In this document: positions 27,094 to 40,400 of the stretch, piece by piece | Layout: each line of letters begins with the position of its first letter | How positions within the stretch are numbered: position 1 is the first letter of the stretch | Assembly: GCA_028534125.1 (NCBI GenBank) | Contig: CM052817.1 | Span: 48,176,001-48,240,000, forward strand | Direction: 5' to 3' | DNA length: 64,000 nucleotides | From: Lama glama | Lineage: Eukaryota | Program-made: the position numbers and the translations under genes | Notes under the pieces: model-generated | What the model saw: the letters and a program-made list of their open reading frames with translations, nothing else | Databases searched by the model: none | What the model was told of the DNA's origin: nothing

Positions 27094-27601
27094 GACCATG
27101 TTTATACCGACACAGAATTACTCTAGGTGAACTGCCACATTCTCAGCTTTTGGAAAGGACTCCTTTCTCATGCTGGAGCTCACTTGTTCACTAACTGCCT
27201 CGGAAGCCTTAGTTTCATTGTGTGGGCTTGCACTCTGCTCTTCCAATGTCTCTTGGTTTCAGGAGAGTTCGGTAGCCACATCCTCAAGGATCTGACCGAT
27301 CAGAAGGAAAACAAATCTTTTCACCCTCTGAAGTTCTGGTGTTGGTGGAAGACGGTCACTGCTGTGGCAAATTCAAGGCATTCTGTAAGAATGAGGAAGC
27401 TGCAGCCCAATGCAGGAAGGAAACGTGGTGTGGCAGAGAAAACACTTGCTTGAGTGCTGGAGGCCTAAGTTAACAATTTGGGTCACCTTGGCCAAGCCGC
27501 TTTTCCTCATTTGTCTCAAATATTAAATGTGGAAGTTTAACTAAGAAGTCTGTGGCATGGCAACCTCTGTATATTACTATTATTCCCAAAGCACTCTCAG
27601 A

Positions 27602-27750
27602 GGGGTGGAGGGAATAGCCCAGTGGTAGCACATGTGCTTGGCGTGCATGAGGTCCTGGGTTCAATCCCCAGTTCCTCTGCCAAGGGAAAATTAAATAAAT
27701 AAATTAAATTTATTTTTTAAAAATAGATAAATAAATTATATTTATTTTTT
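27602..27750 (+). mobile_element. Vic-1-type tRNA-derived SINE
   Basis: ggggtggagggaatagcccagtggtagc...gaggtcctgggttcaatccccagttcctc followed by an AT-rich tail. Confidence 0.85.
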
Positions 27751-28479
27751 TAAGTATGATCAGAGAAAGAAGAGTTAAATTTCTGAGAAAAATCTTACTG
27801 CCTCGAAATGTTGAAAGGCAGAAAACCAGTTCTAGGATGTCTGCTTTAATCATCACTCCCCCATCACCATTATTTTAAGGAAAATTATGACAGCCAGTTT
27901 GAACAAGTCCCAAATAAAAGGGAAACTTTTCAGGAAGTATGGTAGAAAGAAAGTGTCAACTATATCTCCAGTTTAAATGACCCCTTGCTCAAGACAAAAT
28001 TGTTCTTGGGAGGAAAAAAAAAACTGGATTCTGTTATTTGGACTTATCTTCCCTATTCATTTGATTCATTCATACATTCACGCTGGTGACAGCTCAAGGC
28101 AACTCAGAAAAGGAGTGTACTGGCAACGATTAAACTAAAGACGTTTCCTGTGCCTCCATCCTTTGGGGTCACTCCTGCTGTTGCAGTGAAAGAATTTAAA
28201 AGAATTTTTTTTCAATCAAGGAAGGAAGCAAAAGATTCTAAGCCTGTGAATGAATGGAGCACATTTCTCCAAAGGAACCAATGAAAGACAATAAAAGGGT
28301 CACTTGGCCCTACGGGACATTCTGGAATGTCCAGCAACCTACCTCGGAGTTTTTGTTTTATTTTCATTTATTTTCTCTCTGCTTTATTTGTGACTATCTG
28401 GGTGGGGGGGAGCTCCTTTCTGGCAACCTAGTTTTTAACTGATTCATTTATCTAGCTTCATAAACCTGCGCTAATTTAC

Positions 28480-28690
28480 AGTAGAATATGGAGCCGGAAG
28501 AAAATTTAGAACTACCTACACCAACTCCGCATTCCACTACTCAGTAAACTGAAGCCCAGAAACATTCGATGAGGAGCCAGTGTCAGAGCTGGTGAGCGGC
28601 ACAGCTATGCTGGAACTCCACTTCCTAGGAACCAGCTAGGAACTCCACTTCCTAGGAACCAGGGCTCTCTCTGCTCGACCACACGGCCGC
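28480..28690 (-). mobile_element. MIR fragment carrying a 24-bp internal duplication
   Basis: aaactgaagcccaga...gagctggtgagcggcacagctatgctggaactc resembles the MIR reverse strand. Confidence 0.55.
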
Positions 28691-28909
28691 CCCGTCCCTT
28701 TCAGGTTGGAAACAAATTCTACAGGGTTTGGTAATTAGAGCCTCCACCTCCTGCAAAGATACTAATTGCATGTGGAAACAAATTCTGACGCCTAAATTAC
28801 TCAGGAATATTCTATTTGGTGATCCCTAGTCCTTGTCAAATTGTTGGCTCTATTTCTTCATGTATAATTCTATCTGAATGGACTCAGTCTACCCCATTTT
28901 TAATGGGCA

Positions 28910-29140
28910 ATCATATCGTACATGTTTAACGTATAATATGCCAGTCACCAGACTAGGCGCTTTACATTGATTAGCTCATGTAATCACCACAATCAGCTCT
29001 ATGAGTGAGACAGTATTATCCCCATTTTTCAGATGAGAACTGACACTTAGAGAAGTCAGTTAACTGACTCGAGGCCACACATCTAATCCAGGTCAATCCA
29101 ATTTCAGCATCCAAGGCTTACCCAATATGCTTCTCAGGGC
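28910..29140 (-). mobile_element. MIR SINE
   Basis: tagctcatgtaatcaccacaatcagctctatgag...attatccccatttttcagatgagaactga. Confidence 0.8.
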
Positions 29141-29649
29141 TACAGACTTCCTAATCGTTTGTTCTTCCAAATCATTATGCCAATTTTTTTCTTTATCAAT
29201 ACGCACATCTAGAATTCTCAATCCAACATTCAGCTTAAGGAGCAAGTAGACTTTAGGCAAAAGTATGCTACTTTCAATAATTGAAACAACATGCATTACC
29301 TTGTAAGGAAGCCACTCAAGAACAGTGTCACAAGATCAGCTTTTGACACTGTGGACTGAAACCAATTATGACCCAAACTGCATGAGCTCAGTAGACTTCC
29401 AGTCATTTGGTACTTGCCACTGCAAAAATTAGGCTGGGCAGGAATGGTCCCCTCTTAAGTAAACTAGCAATCTTATGCTGGTTTCTGCATCCCTGGCCCC
29501 ATCATTTTTCATTTATATTTTTAAGGATTTAAAAACATTTGCATATGAACTGGTTGCAGTGGAACCCACATAGGAGAAAAGAGGTGTAAGTATCTTTATT
29601 TGATTCACCATATATAAAGAGCAGACTACTGCAGTCAGCAAACGATTTA

Positions 29650-29810
29650 TCAGCTGCGTGCCTTGGGTGAGTTAACTCACCCCTCTCCATTCCTTCATCT
29701 ATAAAATGGAGTTAATAGTCATACCTCCCTCACAGGACTTGTTACAAGGATTAAATGATGCTACTACTTATCAAGTACTCAGAAAAATATTCAGTGAATG
29801 TTACCTATTC
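29650..29810 (+). mobile_element. MIR SINE
   Basis: agctgcgtgccttgggtgagttaact...ttccttcatctataaaatggagttaatag...acctccctcacagg...aaggattaaatga. Confidence 0.8.
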
Positions 29811-30344
29811 TTACTGTGGTGATGGTAGATGTGATGGTTATTACTATTAGAATAATCACAAAGTGGGAGTGACTTTACTTACATCATTGATCATGGTACT
29901 GAAGGACTGTCAAAAAGAGCAATTCTGTATCAACTATTCTTAACTAAAATCATTATATTTGGCCACATAACCCAAAAGAAAACTTGTCCATATCAATATC
30001 GAGTAATTAATTCACCCTGGGGGGTTCCTCAGAAATCCCATAAAATAAAATCCACTGAAATATGCTTAAGATTTTCCCGTGGTTATGAGAGGCATCAGGA
30101 ACACCTTTTTTGGAAATGTGATATGTCAGAGTAATCACATTCACGCTATACGATGTAAAACACTGCTCACAAAGGCCTGGACACACTAAGGTCGACCAAA
30201 CACAGGGAAATGCGTGCTTGCCCGGAGCTATCCCCATGGTCCATCTCCGTGCTGAGACTTCCCTCCTCCCAGACAAGAGTCTAGATTAGGATCTCAGTTT
30301 TTTCATGAGATTAACAACTTTAGCACTTGCTTAGCCAGAGGTCC

Positions 30345-30555
30345 CCTAGCACAATGGTGAGGCAGGGGCTCATTAGAGCCAGAGATCTGTATTTGAATCT
30401 TACCACTGAGCAGCTAGATGACACTTTGTGAGTCACTTAACCTCAGCGAGCCTCCCTTTCCTCATCTGCAAAATGGGAATAGTAATGGTACCTTCCTCTC
30501 TGAGCTGCTGGAAGGACTAAAGGAGATCATGTGTATCAAGTACATAGTATCCAAC
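30345..30555 (+). mobile_element. MIR SINE
   Basis: gagtcacttaacctcagcgagcctccctttcctcatctgcaaaatgggaatagtaatggtacc. Confidence 0.8.
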
Positions 30556-30739
30556 AACAACAACAAATAACAGATTTCCTAGTTTAGAGAAACACTCTCA
30601 AGCAGTGCTACCCACTTCCTACCAAAGCCCAAATGAGAGAAGTGATGTTTACAGAGGATAATCCTCCATTCTGGATCCACAGAAGCACCAGAGATGATAT
30701 ACTTGCTTTTAGCTAATGTATCTCTTCAAAGCATTGTAA

Positions 30740-31000
30740 CAGCAAGACAGAGTGGGAGAGTGTGGGCTCTAAAATCAGAAAAGGCCTGGGTCTCACCTAC
30801 AGGTTTACTCCTTACTCGCTACGTGAACTTGAGGAAGTTTTATACACTCTTTAAGGCTGAGTTTCCTTATCATTAAATCGGCATAATGCTGCTTTAAAAG
30901 ATAGTTGCAATAATCAAATGTCTATAAGGGTTAAATAAAATAAGGCATGCAAAGTTCCTAGTACAGTGCCTGACACATGCAGGCGCCCAGCAAATGTCTG
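30740..31000 (+). mobile_element. MIR SINE
   Basis: gtgtgggctctaaaatcaga...gtgaacttgaggaagtt...agtacagtgcctgacacatgcaggcgcccagcaaatg. Confidence 0.75.
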
Positions 31001-32374
31001 CCCCCAGCAATGCATGTTTTATGTTACTGCATAGCTATAAAATTTGGCTGAGAGTATTATCTTCAGTTTTTCTTATTGCCCCTTATCTAAAGCCTAAAGG
31101 GAAACGTTCCTTTTAGAATACAATTCTAGTAATATCTTTACTTCCCCTTAGCATTTTCCTTTTCTGATAAGAAATACCTACTGATTGTGTTTCTCTTTTT
31201 ATCTTGGCTGCCAGGAGGCTCAGAGGCAAATTCAACTCCATGACAATATTGGTCCTAATGGTTCTGCATATTCTATGTTCTCCCTGATTCGGACATCTAC
31301 TTTCACCCACATTTAACTATTACAAGACTCCTTAATCTTTTGCAGAAGGTGAGAAGCGATTAAGTAACCAACTAATTAATTCAGTCCAGAGGAAAATACT
31401 GATTTAAATCGTGTTAGGAAAAAAGCACCTGACTTGAGCTACTCAAGTCCTAGCGGTTTTTCACATTTACCCCCTCTCCTTGGGCAATTCCTTTAACCTC
31501 TCAGATCCATGGTTTCTCATGTCATGTAAGAATAATAATCTCTAGAGACCTCTCAGGACAATTTAAGTATACAAGTGTGCTCTATAAGCAGTCAAGTGCT
31601 CTATTAGTATTATTACTGTCACAAGCAGAGAAGAGGGGAGTGTTCACATGAGTGACGGTGTGCACATAGGGACTGCAGTGCAGCACTGAGGACCCCTGCA
31701 GGCAGCCAGGGAAGATGTGCAGTGATGGGGCCCCAATGCAGCCACCATGCTAGGCTCACTAGAAAGCTCTAGCAGGACTCCCTGAGGAGGAAGAAGCACG
31801 ATGGAAATGAAGGTAAACATCTCAAGGGACAATCCCAACTCAGTAAGCATCTTAAGCCAATTTGTTGTTTGGGGCCGCCAATCTAAGTTGATTTGCTTAG
31901 AGTACAGTGTAAGTGAGACCATGGTTTGTCCCCCATGAGCCTGTAGGCTGCACCCCTCACTCTCATCAGACCCATCACTGGACAGGCTGTGGGTCACAAG
32001 GGGCTCATAACATGGGAATCCTTAATCCTCTACCAATGACAGTGGTAGAGGACACCACATCAACTGGTACAGCCAAAAGGACTCATATACTATTAATATA
32101 ATTCAGAGAGGGTTTTTTTTTTAAGCTAAATTTGGGCCAAAATCAAGCAGCTCTTAATAATAGGGAGGGTAGGTGTTTCTCCATTTTTAGAATAATTAGC
32201 CATCTTATTCCAAGGAGTTCAAATGTTCTCTTAGCATCTCCAAGTCTTTTATTCCAAAAACCCATACCGCTCACTAATAACTTGGTACAGCAGCTGCCTA
32301 CCCATGGAGGAGAGAAAGAAGGAATCTGCTGGAGAACGGCATGTTGAAAAGATGACTGAGGGAGGGGGTGGAGA

Positions 32375-32830
32375 TGAAAGTCACAGGTCCAAGTCCCAGC
32401 GCAACCCTGCGTCTTGCAAATGTGATCAAGTCGCTTAACAACAATAACTCATACACACTGGGCCTTACGATTTTCCAATGGCCTTTAAAGGCCTCATAAC
32501 TCACTTAACTCTCAGATCAATTCAATGAGGTGGGTACTTTCTCACCTTATTGTGTAGATTATAAAAGCTGAGATAGAAAAGTCAAGTGATTTGCCCAGCA
32601 TCAAACTGCTGATAAGTAAGGCCCCTGGGATCTGAACTCAGACTGTGATTCCAAGCCCATGGTCTTCATAACTGTGTAATGTTGCTCTTGTAAGTCTTGC
32701 TTTTCTTCCTTTGCAAAAGAAGGGAATGACAAAATAGGCAGTAGATTTCTCACGAGGTTGTTACAAAAAATCAAGCCTACTCATGGAGGTGACAGCCCTT
32801 TACAAAGTTGAAAGTACTAGACAGATGGAC
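32375..32830. mobile_element. MIR cluster: a plus-strand MIR interrupted by an inverted MIR (~32500-32685)
   Basis: Plus: agtcccagcgcaacc...caagtcgcttaac and tttgcaaaagaagggaatgac...ctcacgaggttgtt. Minus: gtcaagtgatttgcccagcatc...gggatctgaactcagactgtgattccaag. Confidence 0.6.
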
Positions 32831-34689
32831 AGGTCCCCATCCAGGTCGGCGTACGTCTCCTAACACCAAGGACTTCTAAGCGAAGACAAGCCATGCTAAA
32901 AAGAAGTTACTTCTTCATATTCTGAACTTAGGAAGGAAACAGCCACCAAAGATTTTTAAAAGGCATCTGTGAAGATGAGTGACTTTGGTGCTAAGAGCGA
33001 CGACGGCCAGGCTGACGAGCAACGGGAAAAGCCCGTGCAGGGTCTGCCCACGCCCTTCAGAAAGACACGACTGTCACCTAAACTGCTGGAATTTCAAAGA
33101 CAGAAAAAGCTATTCTCCGGCTCTGCTCATCCATTTCCAAGGCAACCCACTTTCAAAGGCGTTTTCTCAGTTGACTTTAGACCAATCAAGTGGAAAACAA
33201 CTATTCATAGCTGTCGTTTTCTAATTTTGAATACCCCAAGCTTTGGAGAAATGAGTAAGAGAACCCTCTGGGACTTGACGGCACCGATCAAATGCTCCTC
33301 ATCCTCAGCCAGCCGCTCCAGCACTGAGCTTCATGAGGCTGTACAAAGAGAGCCATACCAGGGGGCAGAAGACCTTGTCCTAAACCTGACTCCTGCAATG
33401 CAGGATGTGTGACCTCCGGCAAGCTGTCAGCCTGTGGGAAGCTCTGATTTATGTTCCTAAAATAGAAATCACGCTTGCTCTAATTGCACCGAGGGTTATG
33501 GAACAATTGTGCAGTGGTATAAAAGCCTCTATAAGTGATATCATGCTACAGAAAAATAAAACATTTTGCAACATATAGAGTCAGCTCGGCTTAGTCAGCT
33601 CTCCCAATGCCCTTTGAACTGTGCACAAAGGGCCCAGGGGGAACTTTCAATGCCATCTAAAATAACTTTGATGGGAAAATGCAACTCGGAGCAAAGGAAG
33701 AAAAAGCAAAGTGCAAAAACATGAAAAGTGCCATAAAAAATATAGTTTGCTACAGTCAATGAAGCCCTCCTGGGACCTTTTCTCATTTCTTTTTTAGAGA
33801 AAACACACATTTCCTGATCATAGACTTTGAAAGTACAGTGAACAAAAATACACTGATGTACTTCCTTAGCACATAAAGGTTTCAAAATTCCTCTGGCCAG
33901 ACAAAACCTCCCTTTGCATCAGAAACTTCTCTTTCTGCCCTGGCTATGACAGAACAGGCTACCGAACGCCAACCACGGTATAAATCGCCATGGTAAGATA
34001 CCATTCCACGCTCTGGTGAGACATGTAAAGTCGTTCTGGAAGGAAATTATTGAGTAAGCAGAAGCAGGGCTGAGGTTTTGTATCCTCTTGACCCTGTTAT
34101 TCAATCCTCCTCCTCCTCCCCACATCATGTGAGTCACAGATAGAAAAGGCGTGCATATAGTTTAAAGTCAATGCTCATGAAACAGCCCCCAGAAGGGCTG
34201 GCTCCTCCACTCCTCTACACTCTGAACTGTAGAACTGGTGTCCTCAGGATACTGCCAGGAGGGTACTGCCTCAAAACAGACAGTCGTGGAGCCACTAGAG
34301 AAGGTGGGAACGCACCTCTCCTGCCAAGGCCAAAAGCTTTCGCTCTCTGAGACTCACCAGTAGCTCAAAAACAAATGCTTTATTTGACACGCTGATACAG
34401 TAGGAAGCAGTGTTTGCAGAAAAGAAAGTAACAGTATGTAAACAGAAGTTCGGAGGTGATTCAGTAGAAAAACAGCATTGGGGGAAGAAAAGGACATCGG
34501 AAAGCAAAACGTTCTATCTAAACTCAGATAAAAAATTGATGTTTTAACTTGTGCATTTGGTGTTCCGTATGCTTGATTATTAACCTAAAATTGGTGCCTT
34601 TTATTTTCTCAAATATTAGTCAAAGAAAACAGAATTACTTTCTATATGGAACTTTTCTCAGCGAGGCATCCCCATACTCAGGCGGAGCT

Positions 34690-35525
34690 CACGGCGCGTC
34701 TTAAACAACAGTGCTTCTGCACACTGTGCCTCCTCCCAGCACAGAGCCTCGTTTGTGCTCTCCTTTCTACCCACAGTGTTCTTCTCTTCAGCCTTCACCA
34801 ACTTTTCTTCTTGCTCATCCTTCAGATCACAACTCAAGTATGACTTTCTCAGAGAAGTCATTTCCTGACCTCCCTAATCCCACCACTATCAGATTTTACA
34901 GCACCATGGGCCACACTCCATCAGAGCACTTGCCATAAGTGCAATTGAGCAGTTATTTGTATATTACATGTGGAATCTAAGAAAATGGCACAAATGAACG
35001 TATTTATAAAACAGAAATAGACTCACAGATACAGAAAACAACCTTATCGTTACCGGTAGGGAAAGGGGGTAGGGAGGGATAAACTGGGAGTTCAGAATTT
35101 GCAGAAACTAACTACTATATAGAAACTAGATAAACAAGGTCCTACTGTATAACACAGGGAACTATATTCAATACCTTGTAATAGCTTGTAACGAAAAAGA
35201 ATATGAAAAGGAATATATGTATGTATATGTATAACTAAAACATTATGCTGTACACCAGAAATTGACACATTGTACATATAACTAAAACATTATGCTGTAT
35301 ACCAGAAATTGATACATTGTAAACTGACTATATTTCAATAAAAAATAACATTTATTTGTACAGTATTTGATTAGTAGCTGTCTCCAAACAGACTATAAGC
35401 TCTCTAAGGGTAGAAAGTGTCTCTAATTTTGGTCACCATTGTGTCTTCAGCATCTAGCACCATGCTTAGTATACAGTAGACCTTCAGTAAGCATTCTGGG
35501 TGAAGGGATGAATGGATAAATGAGG
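34690..35525 (+). mobile_element. L2 3' region interrupted by an L1 insertion
   Basis: ctcatccttcagatcacaactcaagt...tcagagaagtcatttcctgacc before the L1; gactataagctctctaagggtag...catctagcaccatgcttagtatacagtagacc...gaatggataaatga after it. Confidence 0.75.
34962..35348 (+). mobile_element. 5'-truncated L1 3' UTR, cetartiodactyl type, nested in L2
   Basis: atgtggaatctaagaaaatggcacaaatgaac...aacaaggtcctactgtataacacagggaactatattcaa...tcaataaaaaa. TSD cagttatttgta (34950-34961) / catttatttgta (35349-35360). Confidence 0.9.
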
Positions 35526-36299
35526 CATTTCATCCTTCCTGATACTGATGTGATCCTGGGGTCTACTGACTCTCCCTGGAGTTCTCAGTACTGAATAACT
35601 TTTCTATGACTTCACTTGCTCAGAAGGAACAGACTGGAGGGCTAAGGATTTCCTAGAACAGGAAAGCTGGGTGACATTTTATAATAAAGTCACTTGAAAT
35701 CAAAATATTTTCAAAACATGCAACCAAGATAATTGACCAAATTTTAAAACTTTAAAATTAAAAAAAATTTACAGAACAAAAGAATGAATGGTCAATTGAT
35801 CAATTTGACACACAACAGGTTTCAACATAAGATAAACAGATAACAATAAATTGATCAAGTGACTGATAACAGATGAACTGCTTGACATTTCACCCAGAGA
35901 GGAAACCTAACTGCCAATAGCAAAATCTATTCATAGCACCCGTTTCACCTAGTCAGTTTTAGCTACCTAAGTTGTAGTTTGTTTTATGTACTTTCTCAAA
36001 TAATAAATGCAATTCCTTAGAAACTCAGTAATAAAAAGATACACAATATGAATTCCGATTCTAAGCTAAGATTTCTGGATCAAACATGTAGGATTTCAAG
36101 GGTGAAAAGGAAAGGCTTCTTCATCTATTTTGCTTAAGTTCTTTATCACTCAGTCATGAAGGAATAATAAAGAATCAACATTGACAATATAAATTGAATC
36201 TGGATGTGTACAATGTCTTTGAAATTTCATTCACTCTAGCAGGTGAATGCTAGAAGCTGTGAAAAAGCCAAAAACAGATCCAAACTGTTTCCTAATCAT

Positions 36300-36540
36300 T
36301 CAAGGACAATGGTTGAAAGTCTTTGCCTAGTGTCAGACCCCAGGGTCCCAGCAATGCCACCTGTCAACCATGTACTGTCAGGTGAGTCACTCAGTTCTGC
36401 AAGCTTCAGTGTCCTTAGCCCTGAAAAAAGAGGATAGTAACGTCAGAGGGCTTTGATAAGGAAAACTAAGATGACAACTTTTTAGGTACCTGCAGACTAG
36501 ACCGAAGCTTATACCCAATAAATATTTATTACTATTGTTA
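36300..36540 (+). mobile_element. MIR SINE
   Basis: caggtgagtcactcag...cagtgtccttagccctgaaaaaagaggatagtaac...cccaataaatatttatt. Confidence 0.65.
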
Positions 36541-36789
36541 TCAGTAACATTTTATCAACAAAAGTCAAGGCACCTTATCCACAGATTTCTTCTTACTACC
36601 TCTCCTAGCTCTCCTCTGTAAGGAGAGAGTGAAGGAACAGGTAGACACACAAACAGACCAACCTAGGAAATGTGAGGTGCTGCGCAGGCCCCCCAGGGAG
36701 AATGACAAAGGTAAGGGAGCCCCAGGTTTTACTTCCTGAAGGTAAAAACACATGGCTGCTTTTTATTGTTTATGGTGTAAATAATGGAA

Positions 36790-37050
36790 CTGAAATAGTC
36801 ATTCACCAATACTCATTTAAATATGTGTCAGCCACCTATCCATTTCCATAGGAAACAATGCATTTCTCCACGCAGTACCACCCAGGACACAGAAGCTTAC
36901 ATCTCACTGGTCAAGACTAGGTCCCATGGCCACCCCGAGCCACAAGGGAACCCAGGAAATCAGGGCTTTTAGCTGCCACATTGTGATCATGAACAAAACT
37001 GAGGTTCTGAGAATACAGAAGAGACTAGATATTAGGCAGATTACCAAGGA
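36790..37050 (-). mobile_element. MLT1-type (ERVL-MaLR) LTR fragment
   Basis: ctggtcaagactaggtcccatggccaccccgagccacaaggga...aacaaaactgaggttctg...gatattaggcag resembles MLT1J/K reverse strand. Confidence 0.6.
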
Positions 37051-37239
37051 GAGCCTCCTAAAATGGACTTTTATGGGCTTAAGTACAGAAAGAAAATGAC
37101 CACATTGTTTCCTTCTTAAGGGGGAAGGAGTGTTTTGGCAGAAGCCCCTCAGCTTGGTCTTTTCCCATGTTGGTCCATTCCTGAATGAAGGGGCAGAGAA
37201 ACCTAACCCACTCCTCACCTTGCTCCCCCACCTCCTGAC

Positions 37240-37480
37240 ACAGTCCTGCTTCTCCAAGACTCAACTCACGTGCTCCTTCCTCTGTGAGGCCTTCCTCCCT
37301 TCCCTCTGCCAAACCCAGGCATCTTCCCTGATGCTCTCACCACCTTGCGCATAACTCCACCACAGCGATGATCACAGCCTCTGCAGTGTGTCTGACCAGT
37401 GTCATGTTCTTCACTAAACTGTCAGCTTTCTTTATGAAGTTTTCATCTCTGTAGGCCCAGTGCCCAGGTCGATGCCCAAA
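37240..37480 (+). mobile_element. L2 fragment
   Basis: caagactcaactcacgtgctccttcctctgtgaggccttccct...catctctgtaggcccagtgccc. Confidence 0.55.
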
Positions 37481-40400
37481 AACAAGAAAGGAAGAAGGGC
37501 TCCCTAAATAATTCTTGGACTGGATCAAGATCGACTGGACTGAGCTGACTTGCACTGCACTGCACTGAAGGCTCGGGGATCTGGCTGCATCTCCTTCCTC
37601 ACCCTGTTGTGGTGGCTCACGGGGGCGCCTGCCTCAGAGCCATGAAGGATGATGACAAGCTTACAAGCTTATGGTTCATACAAATAGATCATGTCTCAAT
37701 GAGATCATGTATTCGCTTGGCTTTCTGGCCAAGAAGGAGAGTCAAAAAGCAGTTACATTAGCTGATTTCCTCTCAGGGGAACTGTGGAGAAAGGAGGAAA
37801 AGTCACTGTTGACCCAACAAAAGGCTGAGAAAACACTTTCTCATTTAAGAATACAACCAATTAGTGAAAGTGACAAAAATAAATAAAAACCTACCACATA
37901 CGCCAAAAGTTGCACAATTGCCAAAACGCCAAACTGCAGTTGTGACTGTGTTGGCATTTGGTACAGAGATCAGGATTTCAAGAAAGGGAGCCACTCTTTT
38001 ATGAGCACTAAACAGAAAAGTCACGAGCAGCTCTTGATGAAACTATGATTGTCACAGTATATAGGAATGAACTAACATATGGTATTTTTAAAATAAACTA
38101 CTAACCACATCCAGTGGTTTCAATTAAAGAATGGTTCATTGCTTACAAAAGTTCCTCTAGATCCAGCTGTCTTCCAAAAAAGTCCCATTGCCTCACTCTG
38201 AATTTCCACTGTCATCAGACAGATTACTAAGGGACCAGTCTTGGATTTGGTGTGGACACTCAGGGTTAGCCTCTGTAGAAAGAAGATACCTTCCTCCAGC
38301 TTTGTCTGGAGGCTGAACAAATCCTGGGGGTATTCTCCTATAAGGAGTATAAATTGTAATGCCATGATACTAAGTGACCTGCTAGAAGACTAGAGAATAT
38401 TTTAAAGGATTTTTTTAGAATGCTAAATAAGGTTTTTTATACCAGTGCTCTGGAATTTAAAAAAAATAAGTAACAAGCAAGCATTAAGAAAAGGACTAGT
38501 GTAGTTCTAAGACAAGACCCATGTTCCTTAGAGAAGGAACATCGCTGAGAGACGACTCTAAAACCAACAGAAAGAGGTAATGTAAACTAAGAATGAAAGG
38601 CAGCTAGTAAGAGAATCACTGTAATCATTTCATAATCATGGTGGGAAAACTATCCCTGGGGAATTAAAGATGAGACAGGGAGAGGCCACTCGAAACTGGC
38701 TTGAGGAGAGCTTGTCCAGACCTGGTCCTGCTACGTACTGGGGCTCCATCTGGAGGGGTGAGATGCTAGCCTCGGCCACTCACTCAGTGATTTTTCTGTT
38801 CTTTGGTCTCACTGTCTTTCTCAATAGTCGGGGTCCCTCCGTGTCTTCTCTTTTTCAGAACTTGTCATCTCCTCTCTCTCCTGACCTGCAATCCCATTCA
38901 TGTGCTTTCTTTCTCTATCCCCAGGACTGGCCAAAATAGAGAGTTCAATGACATTTTAAAAAATCAATTGTCATTTAAAATAAATACATGTTTCAGGTTG
39001 GCTTTCCTTCTTGTACATTGCCCCTGATTGGTTTCTTTTTCACCAAACTAGTATGAGCCTTCTATTGAAATAAGGGCTCCCCACTCCCACTCTTAAACAC
39101 ATTCTCCCCACCAGCCAGACAAGGAAAGCATCTCCATCACTTCTACTATAAAAACATGCCAAGCAGATTCTCAAATTTATCCCATTATATTCACCACTTA
39201 GATGTTTCTACAAATGTCAGAGAGAATCACAAAATAATAAACAATTTTTTATTTTATTTACTTATTATTTATTATTATTTATTTAAGAATAAAAGGAGCT
39301 TAAACAGAACATGACAAAAACATATTTCCAGTCCATTTCATAGGGGAAAAAAAATCTATAAACCTTCCAAGATCGGCTTCAGCATGCAAATCATAGCTCA
39401 GAAAGTTTCCTCAAGCCACACACCTCACACACACTTTCAAAAACCTGATTAGCATTTGATCTAAATGAGTGGCCAAGTGGAGTATCAGTTATCTGCGTTC
39501 AGTCCTTAACCACAGTACCTTTTGCTCAAAATCTATATTTAAGAATTGGAGGAACGAGAGAGAGAATTAGCTGTTTCTGGGTGTGGACATCAATAAAAAA
39601 AATAATCTGAAAACCTTTTTGAAAGTTTTTGCTTGTTTGTTTCCTCGGCTTTTGTTTGTTTGCGAAATTTAGCAGTTACACAAAAAGTAACAAAACGGAG
39701 TCAGACAAAGAACTGACTTAGGATTTTCTAGTTGCTCATGCAAGCGTTCTGGATGTTGGATGACTCTGCCATGAATTTCTTGTTATAGAAATTGCTATTC
39801 CCATGACTTGGTAAGAGAAATCACCCAATTTCCGGTTGAAAACAACTGCAGTTTTGAATGAACACAGCTAGCCACAGGGTCCACATGTTTATTGTGAATT
39901 TGCATTCAGAAGCCACACTTTCCATCACACCTAAGTTATTCCTTCCCAACACCTTATAAATGAAGCAGAATCAGTTAAATGTAATTGCTTCTCTTGTGGC
40001 CTTTGAGGTAAAATTTTGGTAACTGATAAAGGATAATTTTAATGCAAATTGCTGGGTCACAAGTGTACATCCCTGCCAGAAGTGGCTTCTACAGATACCG
40101 AGGACAACCTGCTTTTTCAGAAAATGGAATTCTGCTTAATTGGCAAACAGCAAAAGAACAACAACAACAGCAAATTCAGGTATGTTCTTGTGTCAGAATC
40201 ATTACATAGTTCTGAGAAGGATGTACAAAGGTCACCTAAGTTCATCTCTGCAGCAACGTGCGTTAATCTGCTTATCCATGATAAACATACATAAACAATT
40301 CCTTAAATTCTCTAGGTAAGACACTCCACAAACAGCCTTGGTGACAATCGGCGATTAACAAATGTCACTATCACAGTAGCCTCTTTTACATGCCATCCTC

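Noticed and set aside
31625..32050. GC-richer segment resembling an old LTR
   Set aside because: Could not match a family or find termini with confidence.
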